Shown in pieces: positions 35,933-50,597 of a stretch of DNA of 64,000 nucleotides (position 1 is its first letter; the number at the start of each line of letters is the position of its first letter). This DNA comes from Eledone cirrhosa (Eukaryota). The stretch covers positions 38,812,001 through 38,876,000 of the forward strand of contig OZ024749.1 in assembly GCA_964016885.1 (NCBI GenBank), in the 5' to 3' direction. The notes below the pieces were generated by a model, which did no database searches, had not been told where the DNA came from, and saw only the letters and a list, made by a program, of their open reading frames with translations. The position numbers were made by a program, and so were the translations under genes.

Positions 35933-36645
35933 TCCTTTTACTGGTTTCAGTCATTATACAAAGGCCATGCTGTAGCACCACATTCTTTTACTGGTTTCAG
36001 TCATTATACAAAGGCCATGCTGTAGCACCACATTCTTTTACTGGTTTCAGACATTATACAAAGGCCATGCTGTGGCACCACATTCTTTTACTGGTTTCAG
36101 TCATTATACAAAGGCCATGCTGTGGCACCACATTCTTTTACTGGTTTCAGTCATTATACAAAGGCCATGCTGTGGCACCACATTCTTTTACTGGTTTCGG
36201 TCATTATACAAAGGCCATGCTGTGGCACCACATTCTTTTACTGGTTTCGGTCATTATACAAAGGCCATGCTGTGGCACCACATTCTTTTACTGGTTTCGG
36301 TCATTATACAAAGGCCATGCTGTGGCACCACATTCTTTTACTGGTTTCGGTCATTATACAAAGGCCATGCTGTGGCACCACATTCTTTTACTGGTTTCGG
36401 TCATTATACAAAGGCCATGCTGTGGCACCACATTCTTTTACTGGTTTCGGTCATTATACAAAGGCCATGCTGTGGCACCACATTCTTTTACTGGTTTCAG
36501 TCATTATACAAAGGCCATGCTGTGGCACCACATTCTTTTACTGGTTTCGGTCATTATACAAAGGCCATGCTGTGGCACCACATTCTTTTACTGGTTTCAG
36601 TCATTATACAAAGGCCATGCTGTAGCACCACATTCTTTTACTGGT
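35933..36645. repeat. 50-bp minisatellite, about 14 units
   Basis: unit TTCTTTTACTGGTTTCAGTCATTATACAAAGGCCATGCTGTGGCACCACA. Confidence 0.96.
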
Positions 36646-37070
36646 CTGTAATGTATTGACAGGGTTGATATATATAGTACCAGTCTATGGTGTTGTATTA
36701 AATGCAAAATTGTTTGAGTATTGAAGGAGATTTTCCAGCAGTTTACATTTCTGGTTTGTAATGAAAATATTATCCTGAAGTAGTTTAGTGATTGAGGACA
36801 TTGACCTTTTGTTCACATGAAATTTGAGTCAGTAGTACTCCCTTCACACTTTAGTGGTCCTCTCTTTCTTGGGCTCTTCCTCTATTGGATTCCTGTCTTT
36901 CTCTGAATCCTTTCTGACTGGGGGGACATTTCTCTTGGGATTCTCTCTAGGGTTCTGCATCCACCCATATGTGGTGTCCCAGTGTACATATCTTTTTTTT
37001 TTAATGTGATTATATCTGACTGGTTTTCACTATATATGTGGGTGTTTGTGTTAGAGACTAATTAACTTTT

Positions 37071-37101
<31 letters not shown>

Positions 37102-37467
37102 TTGGTTAAAGTGACATTGAGGATATGAGACCATCCCAACCATTCCATTTCCTGCCTGAATTTATCAGAACTGAGGAAGTCCTCCGCAGCAGATTACAAC
37201 AGTTACACCCTGCTGGCTAAAATAAGGGTAGGACACATTAAAAAATGTACTCCCAGATGCACAATGTCTGCAGAAAGGTTGGGGTGTTCATGGGTGATTA
37301 TAGCTCTGCTCATTCATGGCTGGCATAATTTACTCCCTATTTTTCTCTTATTCTATCTCTCAATCTCTATCTTTCTCCCCCCCCCCCTTTATTCTTTTCC
37401 TCAATTCATATTAAACATTTAACAGATTTCACTTCACAAACCCTGGGACGATTTGATAAATTCCGAC

Positions 37468-38060
37468 CTTACAATGTCACTGGACCAAGATCTTTGGTGC
37501 TACAGAAGACCCGCCTTGCCTAAGTACAAAGCGAAACCTACAGTCAGTAGGCACCTCCTAACCAAAATTACATCCCCCATCCCACTACCCCTACCTCCAC
37601 TCCCATCTACACCACCCCTTTCTCTGTAAAGTTATGTTGGTACCACAACATCCAGTCCTAAATAAATGAGGTCGTGTAGGTGTCACGACAAAAAAACACA
37701 CAGTCCACGCTGTAATGTGGCCGTGTAGGTAACACGGTAAACACCTCCCAGTCCACGCTGTAATGTGGCCGTGTAGGTAACACGGTAAACACCTCCCAGT
37801 CCACGCTGTAATGTGGCCGTGTAGGTAACACGGTAAACACCTCCCAGTCCACACTGTAATGTGGCCGTGTAGGTAACACGGTAAACACCTCCCAGTCCAC
37901 ACTGTAAACGTGGTTGGTGTTAGGAAGGGCATCCGGCCGTAGAAAACCTGCCAGACAGTCCTATACAAGCAAGACAACCATCTTACCTCACGTGGGAAAA
38001 TTCCCGTCTAAATCCATTCTAGCGTGGAAGATAGACGTTAAACGATGATGATGATGATGA
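37468..38060 (+). mobile_element. RTE LINE 3' end with an internal 48-bp tandem expansion
   Basis: matches 1870-2330; four units at about 37700-37910. Confidence 0.85.
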
Positions 38061-39708
38061 ACTCCCAGCTTAAACAACGATCACTGATATTTGACACTGA
38101 TGTTGTTAGCCAGTCACGATTCCAATGGCAGACACTATATATGTTGGCTCCAACCTCTGCCTCCACAGTCTAGCGCATCATAAACAGAGGCTGGCCATGT
38201 ACAGCAATCATAGTTATTGTCAGCCAGTCACAATTCCCACAGCAGACACCATATGTGTATGTATGTATGTATGTATGGTTCTGTAACTCCTGATAGAGTT
38301 GTAAGGGTGCTGTATTGACATACAATGTTTCTTGGGCATTTTAAGCGTGGTGGAGCCCATCCCGCTCCAGGCCTGAGTACAGCAGATTTCTTCCAGAGAA
38401 AGATAGAAAGTGAGAAAGAGATATAGAGGAAGAATTGAACCCCAGTACTAATCTGGTACTTTTTTTATCAACCTCGAAAGGATGAAAGGCAAAGTTGACC
38501 TCAGCGGGATTTGAACTCAGAGAGCAGGAACGAATACCATAAAGCATTTTTATCTGACATTCTAACGACTCTGTCAATTCGCCGTCTACTATATGTGTAA
38601 GGACAAAATTAAACTTGGTTAGGCCAATCCACATTTTCAGCTGGCCTCCTCAATATTTACACCATCCTAAGAAGGGGTCCATGATAATTGCATTACTGAT
38701 GAGTTCACCTCATATGTGGCCAAACCATGAAACATCACCATGAATTCACATAATCTACCAACTTCCATTTTCTTTTCTTGTAATGATTTAGTAGAAAATA
38801 TCTAAAAATGGGTTTGTTCATATTTATAGAATCTTTCTAAAGTCTGTCTCAAGCTTGGAGGCTCACTAGGCCAATGTTTATCCCAGTTTCCTTGACGTTA
38901 GGTGACATGGCATACAAGACTTCCTCCTGGACAGGATGCCAGTCCATCATGGGGTTAAACCCCCATCTACTGCTTGTATTCATTTTCAGCTTGGTATACT
39001 GGAGCAATGTGAAATGAAGTGTTCTGCTTCAATGCACAACACAGTCCAAGAATCAAACCCATGACATTATGATTGCAAATAACCTCTAGGCCCCATGCCT
39101 TTGCTAGTGGACAAATTCTTGTAAAAATTTACAGTATTGGGGTAAAGACTTTCATTTTTAATGTGATGTGGTTATAGTGCTGTTTTTGTACTTTTTAAGA
39201 ATGGTTTACTAATGTGGTTTCATGTGGTGCAGGATGTTAATAGTTAATGTTTTATGATGTTTTGAACTTTACTCTACTGTCTTGTCCACTCAACCTTTTC
39301 CTGACTGTTTTAGTGGTTCCTAACTTGTATCTATCTAGAATCTATGTCTAATTAGTCAGTCAGCTATTTGAGACAGACAGCACATGACACTTAATCTGTC
39401 TATCTTGTCTGCTGTGTCAAGGAGGTAGTTTTCATTCACTCACTTATCTATCTACTCTACTATATACAGCTCCAACCGGGATTGATACTCTACTATATAT
39501 ATATGTATTTTTTTTTTACTATAAACTCTTAATGTTCTGTACCACATGAGCCCACATTAACATTCTTGAAAAGTACAAAACGGTACTATGACTACACTTC
39601 ATTAAGAATTAAAGTCTTCATATGGACTTAATGCAAAATTACATAACAATCTGTCCAATAATAAAAACACTATAAATATTTGAATTAAGATGATGGGATG
39701 GTTGTGGC

Positions 39709-39741
<33 letters not shown>

Positions 39742-39899
39742 GGAGGTGATGGTGGTATGATGATGGTGTGATTGTGATTGTGGCTGTAGCAATGATGATT
39801 TTCTATATTTGTACTAAGGTCATCTGATTAAACAATAATTGATCAAGTTGTTTTCTTTATTTTTAAAATTCTATAATCTTTAGTCCTGGCATGGCTTTT

Positions 39900-40214
39900 G
39901 TGTCTGTATGTATGTATGTATGTATATATATATGTGTGTTTGTGTGTGTGAATATCTGTGTGTGTGTATGTATGTATATATATATATATGTGTGTGAATA
40001 TCTATGTATGTGTATGTGTATCTACGTACACATGTGTGTGTGTGTGTATATGTGCTTGTGTGTATATATATGTATATATATATATATATATGTGTGTTTG
40101 TGTGTGTGAATATCTATGTATCTGTGTATGTATATATATATATGTGTGTGAATATCTATGTATGTGTATATACGTACACATATGTGTGTGTGTGTATATG
40201 TGCTTGTGTGTATA

Positions 40215-40263
<49 letters not shown>

Positions 40264-40536
40264 TTGTGTGTGTGAATATCTATGTATGTGTGTATGTATA
40301 TATATATATGTGTGTGAATATCTATGTATGTGTATGTGTATATACGTACACATGTGTGTGTATATGTGCTTGTGTGTATATATATGTATATATATATATA
40401 TATGTGTGTTTGTGTGTGTGAATATCTATGTATGTGTGTATGTATATATATATATGTGTGTGAATATCTATGTATGTGTATGTGTATATACGTACACATG
40501 TGTGTGTGTGTATATGTGCTTGTGTGTATATATATG

Positions 40537-40571
<35 letters not shown>

Positions 40572-40706
40572 AAATATCTATGTATGTGTGTATGTATGTA
40601 TGTATGTATATATATGTGTGTGTGAATATCTATGTATGTGTGTGTGTATATGTGTTTGTGTGTATATATATGTATAAATATATATATATATATGTGTGTG
40701 TGTGTA
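39900..40706. repeat. compound TA/TG microsatellite with higher-order repeats
   Basis: recurring GTGAATATCTATG and TACGTACACATG anchors. Confidence 0.9.
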
Positions 40707-41439
40707 TTTTTTTAATTGATTTAAAGTATACACAAACAGTTTCAGCATATTTCACAATATTTGCCTGTTACTAATTACTGGTACTAATCACTGAACTATC
40801 AAAATGTTGACAGCTGTAATTTGCAATGGCACCTATCCAAATAACACCACCACTATTAACAACACCATCAACACTGACACCGGCACTGTTACCACCACCA
40901 ATAACATTACCACCACCACCACCACCAACAACAATAACATTACCACCACCACCATCATCAACAACACTATTATCACCACCCCACCAGCAACATCAGCGCC
41001 ATTACATCCTCCACCATTACCAGTATCTTAGCACTGGCACAGCTACAAGAATGGTGTAGATGTTGTGGTACTTGTTGTGGTACTTGTTGTGGTAGTTGTT
41101 TGGGTAGTTTTTTACTTTGGTCTATTCTCAGCTGATGGTAATTAACTCTCAGACTGTTAATTAACTTTACACATATTTCGACTAAACTGACTTTGTTTAT
41201 GGAATAAATACATACATACAAGCACATACACACATGACATTAATGCAATAAATCATCATCATCATCATCATCATCGTCAATTAACTTTTATCTTCGACGC
41301 TAGCATGGGTTAGACGGGTTTGTCCCAATTACAGGCAAGTTGGGTTGGGTGACCGTGTCTCGCTCATATAGAAGAGTTTCTGGCTGGTTTTCTACGGCTC
41401 GATGCCCTTCCTAACACCAAATAAATATATCTATATATA

Positions 41440-42330
41440 CATCAACATCATCGTTTTTATATCCGCTTTTCCATTCTAGCATGGGTTGGACGGGTCCTTC
41501 TCAGCATGGCCTCTCTCCATCTGTCTCGTTCTTTCGTCATCTCCTCTGCCAGTCTTAGTGATTTGAGATCTGCTCTCACAACCTCTTGCCCAGGTCTTTC
41601 TTGGTCATACTCTATTGCGGCTTCCTTCCACTGGTATTTCCTGGCATTTCTTCACCCATCAGTTATTGTCCATGTGCATGACATGTCCATACCAATGAGG
41701 TCTTCCCTCCGCACACCGTCTCAGATTCCCCTTAAACCCAGCTTCTCCCTCAGCTTGTCCAAGCTCTGCCTTTCTCTCACATTTACATTGCACATCCAAT
41801 GAAACATGGTTGCTTCATTTCTCTCCAGTCTACGCATGCCCTCTGCACTCACAGCCCATGTTTCCCTATCTTGCAGCATTGTGCACTGCACACAGGCATC
41901 ATACAGCCTTCTGTTTGTATGTAGGAAGAAATCCCTTGTCAGCAGTGGGAGTAGCTCTCTAAACTTCTTCCATCCTATCCTTATTCTAGCTGTTATATTC
42001 TCGGTGCCCCCTCATCCTCTGCTAATTAGGTTGTCTAGATAGCAGAAGCTTATCAACTACATCTATGGATCCTTCCTGTGACTGGCAAAGGTTTATATTA
42101 TTAGCACTCTTCCTCTCGATTTCTTCTGTGCATCTTCTACATGCAAAGTTCTCCCTCCCTGTTTACTTGTTATCCCAGCACATCTTTTGTGACCCAAGAT
42201 TTACTCCTTTTCTGCATATTGAGCGTGGCCACTTCCCTGGGGGAAGTCTGGGTCCTATCTTCTCTCCTACTCACTAGCACTTTAGTTTTAGCAAAGTTTA
42301 CTCTCAGACCTTTTGATTCCAAATTCCATA
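41440..42330 (-). mobile_element. decayed RTE LINE fragment, diverged subfamily
   Basis: minus-strand frames resemble the 1012-1935 protein (ESKGLRVNFAKTKV, GKWP, GWKKFRELLPL), with stops. Confidence 0.8.
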
Positions 42331-42661
42331 ATCGAAATTTATTATATCAGCATCATCATCATCATCATCATCATCACCGTTTTACGTCCGTTCTTCCACG
42401 CTAGCATGGGTTAGACGGGTTGTCCTGTTGTGGGCAGTGTCTGGTCGGCTGACCATGCCTTGCTCATACAGGAACTGATTTGGCTTGATTTCTACAGCTG
42501 GATGCCCTTCCTAACACCAACCTCATTTACAGTGAGTGCTGGGTGCTTTTTCGTGGCGCCTACACGTCCACTTTACAGTGTGGGCTGGGTGCTTTTTTGC
42601 CGTGGCACCTCCACGACCACCTTGCGGTGGGGGGTGTGGGGGCATATTGTCTATATGTATG

Positions 42662-42705
<44 letters not shown>

Positions 42706-43124
42706 TATAATTCTTCATTACCCTTTAACATCTGTTTTCCATGTTTGCATGGGTTAGATGAGTTTTCATGTTATGTGGCCAGATAGGTCAGGTGACTACG
42801 TCTTACTGGTACCTTGTAACGCAGAACAACCTGCTTCATTGGTCAGGGGTAAGTGAAACTCTAACAGCACTAAGAAACAAAAAGCTGTTGAAAAGGCAGA
42901 TGAAATTCTCAGTGTCAATTGCCATCCACTCCAACTAGCCTCACCAACCCTCAATTGGCCATTGGTGACATGGCCAAAACCAAAGAAAGCAGTGGCTCCT
43001 CTAAAAGGAATGAGGAGGCCCTGTATTGGATTGAGATAGATATAAAGTTATATATATATATATATATAACAATAATATATTTATACACACAATCATGCAC
43101 ACACAGCATTATTTCTTCTATCAA

Positions 43125-43502
43125 GGGCGGTGGATTGGCAGTATCGGTAGAGGGTCGGACGCCATGCTTTGATGCATAGAGTTACGGCCCTTGCTATTCT
43201 GAGTTCAAATCCCGCCGAGGTTAACTTTGCCTTTCATCCTTACGGGGTCGATAAAATAAAGTACCAGTAATGTACTGGGTAATTTCTGGCCTTGTGCCAA
43301 TAGTAGAAACAATTATTTCTTCTATCAAGGGCGGTGGATTGGCAGTATCAGTAGAGGGTCGGACGCCATGCTTTCCAGCATCTGAGTTCAAATCCCGCCG
43401 AGGTTGACTTTGCCTTTCATCCTTACGGGGTCGATAAAATAAAGTACCAGTAATGCACTGGGTAATTGCTGGCCTTGTGCCAAAAGTAGAAACAATTATT
43501 TC
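43125..43502 (+). mobile_element. tandem dimer of SINE family 1
   Basis: TATTTCTTCTATCAAG occurs before, between and after the two copies. Confidence 0.9.
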
Positions 43503-43996
43503 TTCTATCAAGACAAATTATTTGCTGTCTTGTACCATTTGTCTATTGTGGAATGGTTGGAATGTTAGCACCATCATCAACACCACCTTCCCTACTGCTA
43601 CCACTACCACACCACCACAACCTTCACTACTACCACTACATCATCAACTCCACCACCACCACCACCACCGTTATCAACACAGTAAGTAAATACTCTGTTT
43701 TAATCTTGAAGAATTATCTTTCAATAATAACTTAGCGTTGATTCTCTGTCTATTATTATCATCATCATCATCATCATCATCATCTTCATGTTTGTTATCA
43801 TCATTGTCATCATTATGATCAACATTGTCATCATCATCATCATCAACATTACCATCATTGTCATCATTTTCCTCGTTATCATCATCACCACCACCATGAT
43901 TGTCAGCACTGTCATGCCTGTATTGAAACATCCCAAAAGTAAGTAAAAAGTTCTGAGAATGTTTATTCCATTTATCAGGACATTATTATAAAATTC

Positions 43997-44292
43997 TGGT
44001 GACTTTGCCTTTCATCTTTACGGGGTCAATAAAATAAAGTACCAGTAATGCACTGGGTAATTGCTGGCCTTGTGCCTAAAGTAGAAACAATTATTATAAA
44101 ATTCTGGTGGCGGCTTGGCAGAGGATCAGACGCCATGCTTAGCAGCATAGAGTTACGGTCCTTTGTGGTCTGAGTTCAAATCCTGCCATGGTTAACTTTG
44201 CCTTTCATCCTTGTGGGGGTCGATAAAATAAAAATACCAGTAATGCACTGGGATAATTGCTGGCCTTGTGCCAAAAGTAGAAACAATTATTA
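43997..44292 (+). mobile_element. tandem SINE family 1 pair (one truncated, one full)
   Basis: ATTATTATAAAATTCTGG-like target repeated three times. Confidence 0.85.
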
Positions 44293-44602
44293 TAACATTC
44301 TGGAGAGGAAGTGTTAAAGTTGGTCATGTGGAATCCATGACATGGTGTGGGGAAGGGTGATGGACATCATGACTCATATATTGACAGCATGAAGCAGGAT
44401 ACTGACATGACTGGAATCTATTGTGGACGTCATGTCTTATATATTGACTCTCTGGAACATGATAGTGGTCTGTAATTTATGAAGGACATCATGTGACATA
44501 TATTGACCATCTGAAGCAGGTTACTTGCGTTAGTGTGTAGAAAACGTAGCAACATGGCAAGGTATTTCTTTCCATAGAAGAAAGTGGGATTTAAACTCTG
44601 AG

Positions 44603-44932
44603 CATCATCATCATCATCACTCATCGACTACTGTCGAGATGATGGATCTCACTCTCATGCCCCAGAATTCCCTGTCCCCCATCGCTGCCCCCAGGTCCTG
44701 TCTACTGATTCCCGTATGCCTAGAGATAACGTCAGGGAATGACAGCTTCCTACTTCTAGTCAGGCTGGAGTCAGGGTTCCAGAGCAAGAGAGCGGATATG
44801 ATTTCATTGCTGGCACGGTGACAGTGGCCAGCAAATTGAGCTCTCCGGGATTTTAGAAGGGCAGAGGCTCGAGGGAGTTTGCCATAGATTTTAGACAAGG
44901 TGGAATGTCGTTTCCAGCATAGGAAGTCAGAA
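44603..44932 (-). mobile_element. 3' end of a different RTE-like LINE
   Basis: IYGKLPRASALLKSRRAQFAGHCHRA motif followed by a (GAT)n tail. Confidence 0.75.
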
Positions 44933-47374
44933 CAAATACTACAAAACATTTATCCAAGATCTTCCAATCAACACTATTGAATAACGGATAAGATTAAAAT
45001 TGATAAACAAGTTTGTTTTTATACCAACAGAATGTAACTTGGAAATTTGTGGGAATTGTGTTGTATTCTAAGGAGGTCTATGCAACTGTGTTTATCTGAT
45101 TTAGAATAGGTACACCAGTGTTTATCAGGTTTACAGTAGGTATATGGTATCCCTGATTTTACCCAGTTTACAATAATTATATTGTGTCCTTGTGTGTACC
45201 CAATTTACAATAGGTATACTGTATTCTTGTGTATCTGGTTTACAGTTGGTACACTGTATCCTTGTTTATACCGGGTTTAGAATAGGTGCACAATATCTGT
45301 GTGTATCTTGTTGACAATAGTTACACTGTGTATCTGATTTATAATAGGTACACTATATCCCTGTGTTATCCAATTTAACATAGTTACTCTGTATCTCTGC
45401 ATGTCTTAAGAAATTACTAAAGGTGTGGGTGCCAAGAATGGCATCCACCTATAAAACCTTGCTTCAAAAAGGACTCTATGTTGTAGGGTCTGCAATGCTA
45501 ACCATTGTTTTCATAGGAAAATAACCTTCAAACACTTGTTGTTGCTCTAAGGGTCTCAATTAAAACAGAAAAAAAAAAAATGTTAGTTGTTCTTCAACTA
45601 ATGCTTCAAGTCTTTGGAATAAATGACAAAAAATTAATGTCTGCTTCATTAGCTTTTAATTACATTTCAATTAAAAAAGAAAAGTTTGAAGTTTTTCAAT
45701 TTGTAATTCTAGATTGTTTTAGTATTGAATAGGTTATTTTTATTTTTTTATTTTGTGTGAAATTGTCTAAATGGTAGAATGGTATAAATTGTGGTGTAGT
45801 GGTATAAATGGTGGTACAGTGGTATAAATGATAGTACAGTGGTATAAATAGTTGTTCAGTGGTAGAATTGTGGTGTAGTGGTAGAAATGGTGGTACATCA
45901 TCATCACCACCACCACCAACTGCCATCATCTTCATCACCATCGCTACCATCATTTTTATGTGAGCTGGCGCAGCCCTCTCTCACCTGCCAACTGTCACAT
46001 CCTGGATGGTCTACTGGATCAAAGGAAGGAGGGTTGGAAGATGAAAAGCTTGTCTGACGTCTGTTCACAATTGGATGGAAGGTGAAGGAGATGTCTGTTT
46101 GGTCACCTAAAACCCTTAATGAGGAGAGAACATGGTAACATAGTAACCAAGTCATCCTCGATTGTAAGTAACTGCTGTTGGTTTTGAATTAAATTAATGA
46201 TTTTCACAGCTGGCTGGGTCTTTATGGTGCCAACAGACAGATATCCTGTCTTCAAGACCATGTGGTTTACCAATCAAAGACACATTTCACGTTTTTTTCA
46301 TTAAGTTCACATGTACACACTATATCTTCCATATTTCCATTATAAATATAATTTTATATATCTTATATATCCTCAATGCCTTCCTCTCTGCATGTCTACT
46401 ATCATCTCTACACATATGGGCTTCCTTACATTAATCACATGCTCATATTTCTATACATGTGTGTGTGTACGTGTTTCTATATATGTGTTTGTTTGTCTGT
46501 GTCTGTTTCTATACATGTCTGTCTGTGTCTGTGTGTGTGTGTGCGTGTTTCTATTCATGTCTGGTGTCTGTGTTTCTATACATGTGTATGTATGTGTGTG
46601 TTTCTATATATGTCTCTGTGTGTTTGTGTTTATGTAGTGGCTCATGTGAATTAGCCAAAGTAACCCTGATCTGTTTGAGAGGGAGGGACCTAGAGATAGT
46701 TAATATTTCAGTTAAACCATCAAATCATAAATGTATTTTCGTTAAATTCTCAGGTTTCTGTTGGAATTTCCTTTTCAGGGCATTTTTTTTTTTTTTTTTG
46801 CTCTCTCGAAGGGGGTAATTATGGTTTCTTTAAAGTGGATTGTAAATTTTATTTTGTTAAAATAATTTTATGATCTCTCTCCCTCTCTCTCAGTTTCTCC
46901 CCGCTTCTCTCTCTCCTTCATGCTCCTCCTTCCCTCCTCTCCCTCCCCCCTCTCTCTTAGTTTCTCCTCCTCTCTTTTCTTCGTGTTCCTCCTCTTCCTC
47001 CTGCTTTTCTCTCCCTCTCTCTCAGTTTCTCCCCCCTTCTCCTTTCCTTCACGCTCCTCTGCCCCTCCTCCCTCCCTCTCTCTTTCCACCTCACCCTCCA
47101 TCTCTTTCTCTCTCATTATGCTACCTCATCTCCTCCTTATCACCACTACTTTCCAACTTCTGGAGAATTCTGTTGAAGAAAGTTATTCCTTCACATCTAC
47201 TGTTTTGTTCCAATCTAGATTTCATGGATTAACTTTTCTCAGACAGGAGGCACCATACTTATCATCTCTGGCAAAGTATTAATGGATATAATCCCTCTCA
47301 GGTATAGCTAACTCTTTATTATCAGCCATCTTCATATTTCATTATCCTAACTACTGCTACAACTCACCTATACT

Positions 47375-48000
47375 CCAGAGTTGTAGAGAGACAGTCCTGA
47401 AATACAGTGTGGAGTTATAAGAGCTCCTGTCCTGAGTATTTAAACTTGCTGTTCATTGTGTTGGAGTTGTAGTGCCACAGCCCTGATATATGGCTTGGTA
47501 TCATAAGAGCCCAGTCTTGAGCATTTAAACTTGGTGTTATGTTAGAGTTGTAGGAACACAATCCTGAAATACTGTATTGAATTAGGAGGAGCCCTGTCCT
47601 GAGCATTTAAAATTGTTGTTGTGTTGGAGTTGTAGTGCCACAGTCCTGACATATGGCTTGGTGTCATAAGAGCCTAGTCTTGAGCATTTAAACTTGCTGT
47701 TGTGTTCTAGTAGGGGCACAGTCCTGAAATGCAGTGTGGAATAAGGAGGAGCCCTGTCCTGAACATTTAAGCTTGTTGTATTGGAGTTGTAGGAACACAG
47801 TCCTGACATACAGTGTGGAGTTAGAAGAAGCCCTGTTCTGAGCATTTAAATTTGTTGTTGTAGGGGCACATTTCCGAAATACTGTGCAGAATTATAAGGG
47901 GCCCTGTCCTGATTATTTAAACTTGCTGTTTATTGTATTGGAGTTGTAGGAGCACAACTCTGACATACAGCGAGTCTTGAGTTTTTAAACCTGCTACTCA
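47375..48000. repeat. diverged tandem repeat
   Basis: recurring GGAGTTGTAG...ACAGTCCTGA and GAGCATTTAAACTTG. Confidence 0.8.
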
Positions 48001-48329
48001 TTCTAGAAGTCTCTATCATCCTCTCCTAAATAATAAATACTCAACCAAGCTCATCACATTTAGGTACAAGTTGGGGATCACACTTTTTTCAGTATTACAT
48101 GTTGCTATATATATTTTTGATTTTGAGGCTGCATCATACCTCTTCAGAATTTTACTTTATAAAGGTAAGAATCTTATTGAAAATTTTATTAATCCTTTTG
48201 ATATTAAACCCCCTAAAACCTCCTATGGGTAATCCATATAAAAATGTTGGTTTTAATGTTTTTCATATTCCATCATCATTTTTTTTATATAAAGAACCTT
48301 CGTTAAGGTCTGTTTCAAACACACATTTA

Positions 48330-48511
48330 ACTGTTTCTACTTTTGGCACAAGGCCAGCAATTACCCAGTACATGACTGGTACTTTATTTTATCGACCCCG
48401 TAAGGATGAAAGGCATAGTTAACCTCGGCAGGATTTGAACTCAGAATGGAAAGGGCCGTAACTCTATGCGTCAAAGCATGGCGTCCGACCCTCTACCGAT
48501 ACTGCCAATCC
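48330..48511 (-). mobile_element. SINE family 1
   Basis: reverse complement of consensus; ACACACATTTAA occurs on both flanks. Confidence 0.88.
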
Positions 48512-50280
48512 AACACACATTTAATAACGAGAAACTTATATTACTAAATCCCTCCAAATTCTACTTTTAGAATTATTTGAAAATCTCACATATATGTGTA
48601 TATATATGTATGTATATATACGTAAATGTATATATATATATATTGTATGAATTATATATATATATATATGTATTGTATGAATAGTATATATATATATATT
48701 ATGTATTATGTAATAGAGAGAGAGTTTGTTTTCTTTATATTCCCTTATTACACTAATCAGTTTGTTTCCCTTTGCACACTTCAAAGCATTTTTCTAGTCC
48801 TACTATTGTTACTTTGTAGCAGTATTCTGTTTATACAAATACCCCTCTCTCTCTCTCACCCTGAATTCCCACCACTATGGTACACTAGCTAGATATATCA
48901 GCTTTAGGCTGGTGGGCTACAGATACTGTTACTAGTAGTTGTTATGAATTATATTTTTCATGACTGCAAAATTAGTTGTTGCTCAGGTAAAAACATGTTT
49001 GATAAGTTACAGGTGTTCAGAATATCTTTAATATGTCCATCATTTTATTGGTTTTTTCCATAAGCTTAGTTTTAGATATGTATCTTGTTAGGAAACCTGC
49101 TAGCCTTTCACTTCGCCTCTGCTTCAAGGCTTACCTTATCTGATTCAACCCATCCAAATTAAAAAAAGCAAGAAATGAAAGAGAAAAAAAAATCAATGTT
49201 GTTGGTGTATTTTTGGCACAAATCAAGATTTTAAAGAAATATGAACCAAATATCGAGGTTAAATATAGTTTAAAAGAAAAATGATTTTTTTAATTTAATA
49301 AAAGAAATCTTGTTCGTTGATTTTCAGATATAAGAAAATTTGTTTTTTTTCTTTCAAATTTACAACATATTTTAGTTTTTTTTTTTTTTCATTTTCTCTT
49401 TATTTATTCATGTTTGTGCAGGCTTGGTACAAGCTTTGTATGGTGTTAGTATAAGGTTTGTATAGAGTTGGTATGAGGTTTCTAAAGGGTTGGTATGAGA
49501 TATATAAGAGGCTGGTATGGAATTTGAACAAAACTTAGTTCTCACCACTCCTGTTTGAAAATCAGCCATTATAAATTCTGATTTATAGTTTTTTTTTACT
49601 GTTTAGTGAAGGAGGGATGAAAGGGAAGGACCTATGACTGTTTTCAGAGTCTCCTATACTAATTGGAGGCAGGGAAGGGGTAGCCACAAATCTCTTGGTC
49701 TCCAGAGCTGATGTGAGGTATAGAGGAAGGGAGGTATCCTCAAATCAGGCTTGGCTCAAATACTTTTGCAACAGAGTGGACTCCATTAGGTACCCAAGGA
49801 ACAGGGGATGGTGTTAGACTGGATGATTTAACCCTTCAGTTACCAGCCTGGCCAAAATTAGCTCTGGTTCTATGAAATATAACCACCTTTTAAAGGTTTC
49901 CAATTTAAATTTAAATCTTCCAACATAATTTTATATAAGAACCTTACATTAAGTTACTATCTTACTAATAAAATAATTAATAATTTTAGTAAATTCCTCT
50001 AAATACTTCATTAATTAATTTAAATAGAGTGTATTTCATAAGAAATGCAGTCATGGAAGGGTTAAGAGGTCCCAATTGAAGCTGGTTTTCTGGCCATCTT
50101 TATTCTGCTTCTCTTTATTATTGTATGTTTGGTATTGAAGATAACAACCTGGGTGCTGGGGCATTAACTGACTGACTGACTCATATAACATTAGTTCCAT
50201 AATATTTACAGCAACAAACCTGCTTCTCTTTTTTTTTTTTTTTTTACTGCATATCTAACATTGAGGTCAATGACCTAGGA

Positions 50281-50597
50281 CAGAGGTGGTCAAACTATGG
50301 CCCACAAGTTACAGTTTTGTTCTGGAATCTTTTGTAATGTACAGACACAAATTAAAAGAAAACTTTGTTTCAAGATTTTTGTATTTAATCATTTTATTGA
50401 TTTATGTATTATAATGATACAGTTTATATTTTATATTTTCTAAATTCTAACTGAAGAAAAGTAGGGTTACTGACGCACTATATCCAATACTATCTAGTAC
50501 TATACTATATCCAATAATAAATGGTGCGGGGGGCCCTTTGGTGTTTATGACCCAGTCAATGTGACCCCCCCCCCCCCTAAAAGTTTGCCCACCCCTG
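50281..50597. mobile_element. hAT-like MITE
   Basis: TIRs CAGAGGTGGTCAAACT / AGTTTGCCCACCCCTG with a perfect 8-bp TSD ACCTAGGA (50273-50280 and 50598-50605). Confidence 0.88.

Noticed and set aside
38696-38736. CTGATGAGTTCAC...GTGGCCAAAC / GAAACATC
   Set aside because: Needs several substitutions and has no stem I
48101-48147. Minus-strand CTGAAGA...AAAAA-TATATATA-GCAAC resembling the 3516 hammerhead
   Set aside because: GAAA lost and stem I unpaired; at most a decayed relic
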